Program-made: the position numbers and the translations under genes
Notes under the pieces: generated by a model
Databases searched by the model: none
Told to the model about the DNA's origin: nothing
Seen by the model: the letters and a program-made list of their open reading frames with translations, nothing else
Shown here: piece after piece, positions 1 to 9,317 of the stretch
Layout of the letters: each line of letters begins with the position of its first letter
Numbering within the stretch: the first letter of the stretch is position 1
NCBI GenBank assembly: GCA_964291285.2
Contig: OZ219788.1
Location: forward strand, 416,001 to 480,000
DNA length: 64,000 nt
Reading direction: 5' to 3'
Source of the DNA: Alphaproteobacteria bacterium
GTDB lineage: Bacteria; Pseudomonadota; Alphaproteobacteria; Bin95

Positions 1-1
1 G

Positions 2-1690
2 GAGCGCCGGGGCGGTTTCGACGCCGTGATCGGCAACCCGCCGTGGGAGCGGATGAAGCTGCAACAGGTGGAATGGTTCGCGGCCCGCCGCCCGGAGATC
101 GCCCATGCGCCGCGCGCCGCAGACCGCAAGCGCATGGTCGCCGCGCTGGAAACGGCCGGCGACCCGCTGGCGGCGGATTACGACCGGGCGCAGCAACGCA
201 CCGACGCCGCCATGAGGAATGCACGTTGCGGCGGCGATTACCCGCTGCTATCCGGCGGCGACATCAACCTCTATTCGCTCTTCGTGGAGCGCGCGATGGC
301 GCTGGCGAAGCCCGAGGGCAAGGTCGGGTTGGTCGTGCCGTCCGGCATCGCGTCCGACAGGACGGCGGCGCGCTTCTTCAAGGGCGTCGCGACGGAAAGC
401 CGGTTGCAGGCGCTCTACGATTTCGAGAACCGGCGCACACGCTACAAGGAACTGCCCTTTTTCCCCGATGTCGATAGCCGCTTCAAATTCTGCGTATTCC
501 TTGCAAGCCCGTCGCCGCTTCCCGGCGATGCGCAATGCGCCTTCTTCCTTCAGGACGTGAAGGAACTGAAGGACCCGGATCGCCGCTTCCCGCTGGGCGC
601 GGCCGATTTCGCCCGTGTCAACCCGAACACCGGCACCGCGCCCATCTTCCGCTCCCGCCGCGATGCGGAACTTACAACTGCGATCTATGGCCGCCTGCCC
701 GTGCTTGTGGACCGTTCCTCCGGCAAGCCCGTCAAGGCGTGGCCGGTAAAATATGTGCGGATGTTCGACATGACGAACGACTCCGGCCTGTTCCGCACCC
801 GCGCGGAACTGGAAGAGAAGGAAGGCGCATGGCCCGTCGGCGGCAACCGCTTCGACAGCCCTTCCGGCCAGTGGGTCCCGCTCTATGAAGGCAAGATGGT
901 GCAGACGTTCGACCACAGGGCAGCGGGCGTGGTCGTCAATCCGGACAATCTCCACCGCCCGGCGCAACCCGAGCCGGCGACCATCGAACAGCACCGGGAC
1001 CCGGACTGGCTTCCAGATCCTCAGTATTGGGTCCAGAAGAACGAGACCTCTCTCCCGGAAGCGTCGTGGCTGCTGGGATTCAAGGAAATTACCGCGCCCA
1101 CCAATATGAGAACGGTTATCGCCGCATTGTTTCCGGCGGTCGGATTTGGCAACAAGATACCCGTCTTGAAGCCCGAGACATCGAACCGCAATGAGTGGCT
1201 GCTGGCTGCGAATTTCAATGCCACAGTTTTCGACTTCGTGGCGCGCCAGAAGATCCAGGGCCAAACCCTCAACCTTTTCATCCTTGAACAACTCCCCGTC
1301 GTGCCGCCGGCACGCTACGAGGCAGCGCGGTTCGGGCCGAAGACGGCGGCGGAGATCGTGCGCGAGGCGGTGCTGGAGCTGACCTATACGGCGCATGAAA
1401 TGGCGCCCTTTGCCCGCGACATGGGCCATGTGGACGAAGCGGGCGAGGTCCTGCCGCCCTTCCGCTGGGACGAGGACCGGCGGCTGATGCTGCGCGCGAA
1501 GCTCGACGCGCTCCATTTCCACCTTTACGGCGTTACCTGCCGCGACGACATAAGCTACATCTACTCGACCTTCCCCATCGTCCGGCGCGAGGAGGAGAAG
1601 GCGTGGGGCCGCTACCGGTCCCGTGACCTCTGCCTCGCGTGGATGAATGCGCTGGACGCCGGCAGGCCAGATGCAGAAGTTCAGCTGTGA
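2..1690 (+). CDS. Type IIG/Eco57I-like (DISARM DrmMI-like) N6-adenine DNA methyltransferase-restriction protein, C-terminal part (5' end outside window)
   Basis: Frame open from base 2: GGFDAVIGNPPWE (MTase motif IV), NLYSLFVERA, and a TRD-like C-terminus with LRAKLDA...LYG typical of large type IIG MTases. Confidence 0.85.
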   Translation, partial: ERRGGFDAVIGNPPWERMKLQQVEWFAARRPEIAHAPRAADRKRMVAALETAGDPLAADYDRAQQRTDAAMRNARCGGDYPLLSGGDINLYSLFVERAMALAKPEGKVGLVVPSGIASDRTAARFFKGVATESRLQALYDFENRRTRYKELPFFPDVDSRFKFCVFLASPSPLPGDAQCAFFLQDVKELKDPDRRFPLGAADFARVNPNTGTAPIFRSRRDAELTTAIYGRLPVLVDRSSGKPVKAWPVKYVRMFDMTNDSGLFRTRAELEEKEGAWPVGGNRFDSPSGQWVPLYEGKMVQTFDHRAAGVVVNPDNLHRPAQPEPATIEQHRDPDWLPDPQYWVQKNETSLPEASWLLGFKEITAPTNMRTVIAALFPAVGFGNKIPVLKPETSNRNEWLLAANFNATVFDFVARQKIQGQTLNLFILEQLPVVPPARYEAARFGPKTAAEIVREAVLELTYTAHEMAPFARDMGHVDEAGEVLPPFRWDEDRRLMLRAKLDALHFHLYGVTCRDDISYIYSTFPIVRREEEKAWGRYRSRDLCLAWMNALDAGRPDAEVQL

Positions 1691-1766
1691 ATTACTGCCC
1701 GACTGTAGATTGGGCCACCTCATACGGAGCGAAATTGCACAGTCTTGAGAGACCCCATACGCTACT

Positions 1767-2040
1767 GTCCGCAACCAAAGCGTCAAAGCGACCGCTCACC
1801 TTCAGGTATTCCGCGAAAAACGCCAGATGGCCCAGCGGCGTCACCGCCGCATCAGGGTCCCATTCCACATGAACCGCGCCGCCGAAGGTGTCCACCTTCA
1901 CGAACGCTCGGGCGACATACCGCACAGCGCCAGGACAATCACCCACAGGGTGAGCCTCTTCGGCCCCTGAAAAGCCGCTCATACCCGAAGACTACAAGGG
2001 ATTCGGCAAGGCCCCACCATCCTCAACTGCCGGATTTAGG
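1767..2040 (-). mobile_element. IS1380-family left-end fragment (transposase N-terminus plus IRL)
   Basis: ORF from 1982 reads VDTFGGAVHVEWDPDAAVTPLGHLAFFAEYLK; 2023-2040 TCAACTGCCGGATTTAGG is the exact reverse complement of 45008-45025, the end of a second IS1380-like fragment. Confidence 0.75.
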
Positions 2041-2264
2041 ATAATATGCCTGCCACGCGCCGGATCACGGCAGTCTGCAACCACGTGGCGGCAGGGCAGG
2101 CGATAGACGGACGCCAAAATTCAGCCGCGCGCGATCAAAAGTCCCCACAGCGCACACGCCTCGCATTGCATGACGGCCGCATGCCGGGTATCGTTTCGCA
2201 TATGGTGGACCGTTCGGTTCGGGTTTGAGTTTCGACCGCAGGAACAACCAGCACATCAGGAGAC

Positions 2265-3341
2265 ATGGCTATGGCCACAAGAATAGGCACCAACAACGAT
2301 GACAGACTGCGCGGTACCAATGGCAACGATGTCCTGCGCGGCCTCGGGGGCCACGATTTTCTGTACGGTCTGGCTGGCGACGATGCCTTGTATGGCGGCG
2401 CCGGCGACGACGCCTTGTATGGTGGCGCGGGCGATGACACGCTGAACGGCGATGAAGGCGATGACACGCTGAACGGCGGTGACGGCGATGACATCTTCTA
2501 TTCCGGCACCGGCGCCGACACGATTGATGGCGGCAATAATGGCGCCGACGGCGGCGACAGGGTGGTCTACATGTACTCGAATGTGGGCGTGACCGTCGAT
2601 TTGAGCGATACCGATGGCTCGAATGGCTCTGGAGGCCATGCTGAAGGCGACACGATCAGAAATGTCGAGAAAATCGAGGGTTCGGAGCATGCCGACACAT
2701 TGACGGGCAACTCGGGAGCCAACACCCTCTACGGTCGCGGTGGAGACGACACGCTGCATGGCGGCGACGGCGGTGATCGCCTTGTTGGCGGCGCCGACGA
2801 TGACACGCTGAACGGCGATGGCGGTAACGATGGTCTGTATGGCGGCGACGGCGATGACACTCTGAACGGCGGCACTGGCAGTGACACGCTGTATGGCGGC
2901 GACGGCGGGGATGCCCTTAACGGCGGCGACGGCGATGACACTCTGAATGGCGGCACCGGCGCTGATCGTCTGGACGGCGGCGCTGGCAGTGACACCGCGG
3001 ACTATACGGACTCGAATGCGGGCGTGACCGTCGATTTGTCGAGCAATTCAGCATCGGGCGGTCATGCAGCGGGCGATACGTTGACCGGCATTGAGAATCT
3101 CCAGGGTTCCGCATTTCATGACACATTGACAGGCGACGGGGGAGCCAACGTTCTGGCGGGCGGCGCTGGTTATGACACGCTGGATGGCGGCGGCGGCAAT
3201 GACACGCTGAATGGCGGCGCGGACGATGACCTCCTGTTTGGCGGCGATGGCGATGATATTCTGATCGGCGGAGCTGGCGGTGACTTTCTGGACGGCGGCA
3301 CTGGCAGTGACACCGCTGATACCAAGCGCGGTTCGAATTGA
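2265..3341 (+). pseudogene. RTX/hemolysin-type calcium-binding repeat protein, 3'-truncated by IS630
   Basis: Many GGxGxDxLx nonapeptides and two DxxxY-x-SNxGVTVDLS...GGHAxGDT modules; breaks at DTAD (about 3319) where the IS630 end begins; AGGAG RBS upstream. Confidence 0.9.
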
Positions 3342-4557
3342 CTCATTGTTCCAACATGTTGTGTTGAGGTGAGGTGTTGAGGTGAGGTGCCGGACAACGT
3401 TGATAGAGTGATGTCAGGCAGTCTTGGGGTTGGAGGATGATGATGGGTGCGGCGACGCCGATAACCTGGACGGAGCATGGATCGGACGATCTCCATGATC
3501 TGGCGAAGCGCTGCGGTGAGGCGAAGCAAGCCTGTCGGGGGCGTGCGATCGCGATGATCATGGATGGGGCGTCGCGCACGGAGGCGGCGCGGGCGCAGGG
3601 CATGGAGCTTCAAGTTCTGCGCGACTGGGTGCTGCGCTACAATGCGGAGGGGTTCGAGGGGCTTGCGGATCGTCCTCGCGGGGGCAGCGATGGTCGGTTG
3701 ACGGAGGCTCGGATTGCCGAGATCGGGTTGTGGGTCGAGGCGGGTCCCGATCTTGAGCGGGACGGTGTCACGCGCTGGCGGGTTCAGGACATCATACGGA
3801 AAATCGAGGAGGCCTTCGGGGTCATTTATACGGAGAGCGGCGCCCGTATGATGCTCCGAAGGGCCGGGTTTCGTTTTGTCTCGGGACGGCCGGTCCACCC
3901 CAGGGCCGACGCGGAGCGGCAGGGGGCGTTCGTGGCGGACTTCGAGGCAAGGGTGACGTCGATGCTCAGTTCCGAGGCGCTGGCGGGCCCGATCGAAATC
4001 TGGTTCCAGGACGAGGCGCGCATCGGCCAGAAAGGGATGACGACGCGCGTCTGGGCGCGCGGGAGGCAACGTCCGCGCATCGTGCGCGACCATCGCTATG
4101 GCTATGTCTATCTGTTCGGCGCCACCTGCGCACAGCGCGGCGTCGGCATCGCCCATGTGGCGGACAGGGCGAACACGGCGGCGATGAACGAGCATCTGGC
4201 GGCGATCGGCGCGGCCGTGGCGCCGGGTGCGCACGGCGTGGTCATACTGGACGGGGCAGGCTGGCATCGCTCGGGCGACCTTCTCGTCCCCCCCAATCTG
4301 ACGCTCCTGCATCTGCCGCCATACAGTCCGGAACTCAATCCCATGGAGCAGATCATACTGGTCCTGAAATCGAACCGCTTCGCCAACCGTGTGTTCAAGG
4401 ATGTCGCCGCCCTGAGAGAAGCCTGCCGGACGGCATGGCAATGGCTCATCGAGCAACCCGACATCATCACCAAAACAACCCGGCGAAGCTGGGCCGTCGC
4501 ACCATCGTGACGATCCCCACGACCCAATGCATCGGTCTATATGACTTGCGGTTGGTA
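3320..4557 (+). mobile_element. IS630-family insertion sequence
   Basis: Imperfect IRs TACCAAGCGC (3320) and GCGGTTGGTA (ends 4557) followed by TA; encloses a DDE transposase. Confidence 0.85.
3437..4510 (+). CDS. IS630-family transposase
   Basis: N-terminal HTH (WVLRYNAEGFEGLADRPRGG); catalytic motifs FQDEAR, ILDGAGWH, LPPYSPELNPME. Confidence 0.93.
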   Translation: MMMGAATPITWTEHGSDDLHDLAKRCGEAKQACRGRAIAMIMDGASRTEAARAQGMELQVLRDWVLRYNAEGFEGLADRPRGGSDGRLTEARIAEIGLWVEAGPDLERDGVTRWRVQDIIRKIEEAFGVIYTESGARMMLRRAGFRFVSGRPVHPRADAERQGAFVADFEARVTSMLSSEALAGPIEIWFQDEARIGQKGMTTRVWARGRQRPRIVRDHRYGYVYLFGATCAQRGVGIAHVADRANTAAMNEHLAAIGAAVAPGAHGVVILDGAGWHRSGDLLVPPNLTLLHLPPYSPELNPMEQIILVLKSNRFANRVFKDVAALREACRTAWQWLIEQPDIITKTTRRSWAVAPS

Positions 4558-4762
4558 TAAATGATCTGGCCGATGACCGCGGTGAGGAAACCGAGGTCGA
4601 ACCAGCCGACGCCCAGCGTGCCGCCGAGCCAGGCGAATCCCTTTGCGAGGTTCTTGAAGAACACCAGCAGGCTCGAGCCCATGATGTCGGCCGGCACGAA
4701 GAGCGGCGAGAGCATGAGCGCGACGAAGGCGACCTTGCGGCGGGTCCGCTTGTAGAATTTCG
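4558..4762 (-). pseudogene. Internal fragment of an ABC transporter permease (PotC-like)
   Basis: Reads KVAFVALMLSPLFVPADIMGSSLLVFF...LGFLTAVIGQIIY; cut by IS66 on one side and IS630 on the other. Confidence 0.65.
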
Positions 4763-4851
4763 GTAAGCATCCGCCGAAGACCGCAGGGTATCGAGGTCTG
4801 AGTTTGTGGCGGGCGTGGAGTTGATCGGGGACCGTCAGGCGGTGTCTTTTG

Positions 4852-6456
4852 TTATGCGGCTTGGTCGTGCCGCCGGCTGTCCTGCCAGTTCCAGGGAAGA
4901 AGTTCGCCGAGGCGGTTCTGCGGGGTGCCGGCAATGCGCTTGAGCACGTCGGCGAGCCAGGCCTGGGGATCGACGTTGTTGAGCTTTGCGGTGCCGATGA
5001 GGGTGTACATGGCTGCGGCGCGCCTGCCGCCGCGGTCGGAGCCGGCGAACAGCCATGACTTCCGACCCAGGGCAATACCTCTGAGCGCCCTCTCAGCGGC
5101 ATTATTTGACAGGCAGATGCGCCCATCGTCGAGGAAGCGGGCGAAGCGGTCCCATCGCCTGAGCATGTAGTCCATGGCCTTGGCCACGGGGGAATGGCGG
5201 GAGAGCTTTGCGCGCTCGGCCTTCATCCAGGTCTCGAGTTCGGCCAGGACCGGCGCGCTCAGTTCCTGGCGGACGGCATGGCGCCGCGCAGCGGTCTCGC
5301 CGTTGATGGAGCGCTCGATGTCGAACAGCACGTCGATCCGCTTCACCGCCTCCATCGCGAGCGGCGAGATCGGCGGCGCGTTCCTGCCGCGCCCCTTGCT
5401 GGCCGCAATGTCGGCGAGTTCGAAAAATTTGCGGCGCCCGTGTGCCCAACAGGGGATCCCGGTAACAGGCCCCGGCACTCGCCCGACCGCATAGAGGCGG
5501 TTGTAGCCGGCGAAACTGTCGGCCTGGAGGATGCCGGCGAAGTCGCAAAGATGCTCGACCGGATGATCGCCCGAGCGGTTCCGCGAGTAGCGGAACAGAG
5601 CCGCGGGCGGGTCCGGCCCGCCGAACGGCCTGTCGTCACGCACATAGACCCAGGCCCGGCCCTTGTCGGTCTTGCCCCTGGCCAGCACCGGCACCGGGGT
5701 GTCGTCGCCATGCAGGCGTTCGGCCGCCAGCACATGGTCTGCGATCAGGTCGTGCAGCGGCCTCAGCGCCACCGTGCAGGCGCCCACCTGGTCGGCCAGG
5801 GTCGACAGGCTGAGGTCGACGCCCTCGCGCGCATAGCGGTCGCGCTGGCGGTTCAGCGGCTGATGCTGCCCGAACTTCTCGAACAGGATCATGGCCAGCA
5901 GGTTGGGGCCCGCCCAGCCGCGCGGTGTCGGGTGGAACGGCGCCGGCGGCTGGCTGATCTTCTCGCAGTCCCGGCATGTGAACTTCTCGCGCACCGTCTG
6001 GATCACCTTCCACTGGCGCGGAATGACCTCCAGCGTCTCGGTGACGTCCTCGCCGATCTTCGAGAGCTTCTGCGAGCCGCAGCACTCACAGGCACTCGGC
6101 GCCGGCACCACCACGCGCTCGCGCGGCAGATGTTCGGGGAACGGCTTGCGCCCGGACCGGCGGCGGCGGGTGAACGCCTTGACCTGCGTCGTGCCGGCAG
6201 CCGCCTGTTCGGCCGCCAACTCGTCCTCCGTCGCGTTCGCCTCAAGCTCGTCGAGCTGGAGCTCCATCTGGTCGAGAAGACGCTGCTTGCGCTCCGATCG
6301 CTGGCCGAAGAGCTCGCGCCGGAGCTTCTCGATCATCAGCTTCAGGGAGGCGATCTGCGCTTCGGCGTTCGCGGCCCGCGCCTCGGCCTCGGTCGCCTTG
6401 ACTTCCGCCGCAGCCAGCGCCGCCTTCAGCGCGTTGATGTCCGATCCGTCCGGCAT
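4852..6456 (-). CDS. tnpC: IS66 transposase TnpC
   Basis: LRRELFGQRSER zipper, CECCG zinc finger, LHGDDTP, LQADSF, CWAHGRR, SNNAAERALR; start taken at MPDGSD. Confidence 0.93.
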   Translation of the reverse strand: MPDGSDINALKAALAAAEVKATEAEARAANAEAQIASLKLMIEKLRRELFGQRSERKQRLLDQMELQLDELEANATEDELAAEQAAAGTTQVKAFTRRRRSGRKPFPEHLPRERVVVPAPSACECCGSQKLSKIGEDVTETLEVIPRQWKVIQTVREKFTCRDCEKISQPPAPFHPTPRGWAGPNLLAMILFEKFGQHQPLNRQRDRYAREGVDLSLSTLADQVGACTVALRPLHDLIADHVLAAERLHGDDTPVPVLARGKTDKGRAWVYVRDDRPFGGPDPPAALFRYSRNRSGDHPVEHLCDFAGILQADSFAGYNRLYAVGRVPGPVTGIPCWAHGRRKFFELADIAASKGRGRNAPPISPLAMEAVKRIDVLFDIERSINGETAARRHAVRQELSAPVLAELETWMKAERAKLSRHSPVAKAMDYMLRRWDRFARFLDDGRICLSNNAAERALRGIALGRKSWLFAGSDRGGRRAAAMYTLIGTAKLNNVDPQAWLADVLKRIAGTPQNRLGELLPWNWQDSRRHDQAA

Positions 6457-6527
6457 GCCCGGAAGCGAATCACAACTACCGGTCCGCCGCCATCGCCATC
6501 CTGTCGGATGAGTCCATTTGCCGCCTG

Positions 6528-6875
6528 TCAGCCGGCCCGCGACGGGCGCCAGGTCCGAACCGGGTTCCTCCAATCGATCCCTTCCAGCAAATAGCCAAGC
6601 TGCGCCGCGCTGATCGACACCGCACCGCCCGACGTCACCGGCCACTGGAACCGGCCCCGCTCCAGGCGCTTGGCGTAGAGCGAGGTCCCGACCCCGTCAT
6701 GCCAGAGGATCTTCAAAAGATCGCCTTTGCGTCCGCGGAATATGAAGAGGTCGCCTGCATGCGGATCGCGGCCCAGCCCCTGCTGCACCTGCAGCGCCAG
6801 CGTGTTCATCCCGCGCCGCATGTCCGTCACGCCCGTCGCAAGCCAGACCCGCGCCCCGCTCGGAACCGGGATCAT
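6528..6875 (-). CDS. tnpB: IS66 accessory protein TnpB
   Basis: VWLATGVTDMRRG...FIFRGRKGDLLKILWHDG...KRLERGRF signature. Confidence 0.95.
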   Translation of the reverse strand: MIPVPSGARVWLATGVTDMRRGMNTLALQVQQGLGRDPHAGDLFIFRGRKGDLLKILWHDGVGTSLYAKRLERGRFQWPVTSGGAVSISAAQLGYLLEGIDWRNPVRTWRPSRAG

Positions 6876-7294
6876 CGCCGCTCCAGGACCTCGAGAACCC
6901 GAGACAGCGCCGCCGCGTCCACGTCCCGGTCGACCGTCACCCGCGAGCCGTCCGCCAGCGCAATCTCGATCCGTCCGGAGGCAGACGGCTTGATATCCGG
7001 CGGCGCCGGCAGCAGCCTTGCCGGCTCCACCCCTTCCGTCGAAGAGACAACCACCGGAACGAAGCCGCCCACCACCCGCGCCAGCTCCCGATACTGGCGC
7101 CGCCAGCTGAAGACCAGGTTCGCGTTCACGTCATGTCGGCGCGCCACCACCGAAACCGAAACCCCGGGCTGACAGCTCTCCGCAACGATCAGGCGCTTGC
7201 GCGCCTCGCTCCACCGACGGCGACGGCGGCGCCCCCGACCGTCGACCCCGGAACCCGCATGCTCGGCTGTGTCCGACATCCCCATAGTGTCCAC
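6872..7294 (-). CDS. tnpA: IS66 accessory protein TnpA (HTH)
   Basis: RRRWSEARKRLIVAES...SVSVVARRHDVNANLVFSWRR; ATGA overlap with tnpB. Confidence 0.92.
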   Translation of the reverse strand: MDTMGMSDTAEHAGSGVDGRGRRRRRRWSEARKRLIVAESCQPGVSVSVVARRHDVNANLVFSWRRQYRELARVVGGFVPVVVSSTEGVEPARLLPAPPDIKPSASGRIEIALADGSRVTVDRDVDAAALSRVLEVLERR

Positions 7295-7392
7295 TTATCC
7301 TTCGTGGGCACTTACGACGCGCGCCCACATCCGAGCGCGCACCCTCACCGATCCCGGAGAAATGCGACAGGCGGTCTACGCCGAAGGCTTAC

Positions 7393-8256
7393 CTTCGAAC
7401 TTCCGTACCAGCGCGGAAGCGTGATGCTTGTCCAGCGGGCATCGGGGTCGTCAAGGCGGGTCTGGAGCTTGGGCAGGGGCGGCCCCTTTTGCCGGGGTCG
7501 ACCGCGTTTGTTCGGGTCGCGCGGCGGCGGGGGCGCGAAGAGGTTGGCATCGAGCCTCAGCCTGCTGATGAGGGTTGCGCGCTGTCCGATGCGCCAGGCG
7601 AGTTCGTGGGTTCCGAAACTGCTGTCGGCGACGAAGACGATCGCGCGTTGCGGGACCCAGCGAAGGATTTGAAGCATGCCCTGTCGCGCCCAGTCGGTGA
7701 GTTGCTTGTGACGCCGGCCTTGCCTGGCGGCGAAGCGTTCGGACGGGGCCAGGATGGTCAGGAAGGGCAGGGCCCTGATGCCCGGCGACCAGGGCAGCGG
7801 GACAAGCAGCATGAAGCTGAGCCAGCGCAGCCCGCTGGTCTTGACGAAATGGCCATGGCTGGAACGCACCGGGTCGCGATAGATGCCGCGCGCCTTGATA
7901 CGCGCGCCCCAGCGGCGCTCGATGGTGTCATCGAGCCCGATGATGATCGGTCCCTGCCCGGCAAGCCGCGCCACCAGCACGAGCACGAGCCGGCGTGAAA
8001 GGTCACGCGGGTCCCAGCGGGCGCGATTGAGAACCTGATGGTAGGACGAGAATGTCTCGCACATCGCCCGCCCGGTCACCCGCAGGCAGGCCGACACGGT
8101 TCTCTTGCCCGGCGCCAGCAACGCTCCCATGACCAGAACCGCCACCAGCCGCCAGGTCGGGGATGAGAAGGCGCCTCGAAAGGGCTCCAGCCAGTCGATC
8201 AGGAACGGCGGAACCGGATCGCCGATGGCGCTCGAAGGGTCGTCGAAATGTGTCAT
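7393..8256 (-). pseudogene. IS701-family transposase, C-terminally truncated
   Basis: GALLAPGKRTVS, IIGLDDTIERRWG, GIYRDPVRSS, GLRWLS, VFVADSS; stops at the IS66 IR before the catalytic E. Confidence 0.88.
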
Positions 8257-8365
8257 GACGACCTTCGAATCCAGAAGCATCCGGCATGCAAGGGCGCCCG
8301 CATGCGACCGGGTGAATCAGCATCGCTGCAGCGACAGAAGCCATCCAATCCGATATCACTGCTTC

Positions 8366-8653
8366 ATGGCCGCATCCGACCCCTGTCTGGCGCGCATCGA
8401 AGCGTTCAACAAATCCAGGGGCGGGGGCGTGACGGTCACCAGGGTGCGCGGCGGCTACAATCTGTATCTCACGGCCACGCAGGCACCGATCGCAAGGCTC
8501 CAGCCGAAAGGCTCAGGTGACAAGATGAGGGTGCGCTACTGGTCCTGGCGCCAGTCCTGGCAGGACGTCGGAGACATGGGGGGCATCGTGCTCCCGCTCG
8601 AACAGGCCCTCGACGAAATCGCCAAAAACGAGATCTTCTGGACATGGACGTGA
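8366..8653 (+). CDS. Small hypothetical protein (DUF3024-like) inside the IS701 end
   Basis: 95 aa; PIARL...RYWSWRQSWQD...LEQALDEIAKNEIFW resembles DUF3024. Confidence 0.6.
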   Translation: MAASDPCLARIEAFNKSRGGGVTVTRVRGGYNLYLTATQAPIARLQPKGSGDKMRVRYWSWRQSWQDVGDMGGIVLPLEQALDEIAKNEIFWTWT

Positions 8654-8675
8654 GGTAATTTTGTACAAAGTCGAG

Positions 8676-9196
8676 ATAAGATCGACATGGTCGCCGGGCC
8701 GGGACGCGCCGCCGACGAAGGTCCGTTCCGCCAGACGGCCCCCTTCATAGACCGGCACGGCGCAGAAAAAGTTCACGTTGGGCACGATGTCTGTCCATCC
8801 CAGGCCGTGTTCGGCCAGCGCCGTCAGGAAGTTCTCGCGGCACCCCGGCACGCCTTCCACGCCGTAGAGCATGGCGTTGCTGGGACCGCTGCAGCAACCG
8901 GCGATGGTATCGTGATAGCCGCAGGTGTCGGCCACGACCGTGAAGAGCGGCCGCCCGCGGTCCGAGTAGAGCGCATGGCCCTCGGTCAGGCGCAGAGTGC
9001 CGCTTTTCTTGATCGTGTTCGGCGCGTAGTAGCGTTCGCGCGGGTCGGCCGCATCGTAACACAGGAAATCGACGCCCTGTGCACCCTCCAGGTCCACGAT
9101 GCGCAACACCTGGCCTCGCCCCACGCAGGCCGACCACGGAGCGCCGGGCGCCACGATCTCGTCGTGTACGATGCGCAACGCACCCTCATCGTTCAT
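8676..9196 (-). pseudogene. Urea carboxylase-associated / DUF1989 family protein, C-terminally truncated by IS701
   Basis: GQVLRIVDLEGAQGVDF, DTCGYHDTIAGCC, CRENF, NVNFF, SRPGDHVDL then IS end. Confidence 0.85.
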
Positions 9197-9317
9197 CGTC
9201 TTGCCCTCCAGCCCGGCCCATCGGCTACCCTAACCCAACCCGGCCTCATCGGGATCCGGCGGCGCATTTTTACACAGGCGAGCAGGCCGGCCCGCAACCC
9301 AGATGGAGTCTCGATAG

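Larger units (their letters stand above)
4763..7392 (-). mobile_element. Canonical IS66-family element (tnpA-tnpB-tnpC)
   Basis: IRs GTAAGCATCCGCCGAAGACCGC (4763) and GCGGTCTACGCCGAAGGCTTAC (ends 7392); three typical ORFs; flanking 8-mers differ (GAATTTCG vs CTTCGAAC). Confidence 0.95.
7393..8675 (-). mobile_element. IS701-family element, truncated by IS66, carrying a divergent small passenger gene
   Basis: Terminal CTCGACTTTGTACAAAA (minus strand, from 8675) exactly where the neighbouring DUF1989 gene breaks. Confidence 0.75.

Noticed and set aside
1692-1766. AATTGCACAGTCTTGAGAGACCCC looks like the end of another IS
   Set aside because: No partner IR or transposase in the window; family cannot be assigned
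2370-3310. Regularly spaced 27-bp repeats as a possible CRISPR array
   Set aside because: They are in-frame RTX nonapeptide codons with no unique spacers and no cas genes
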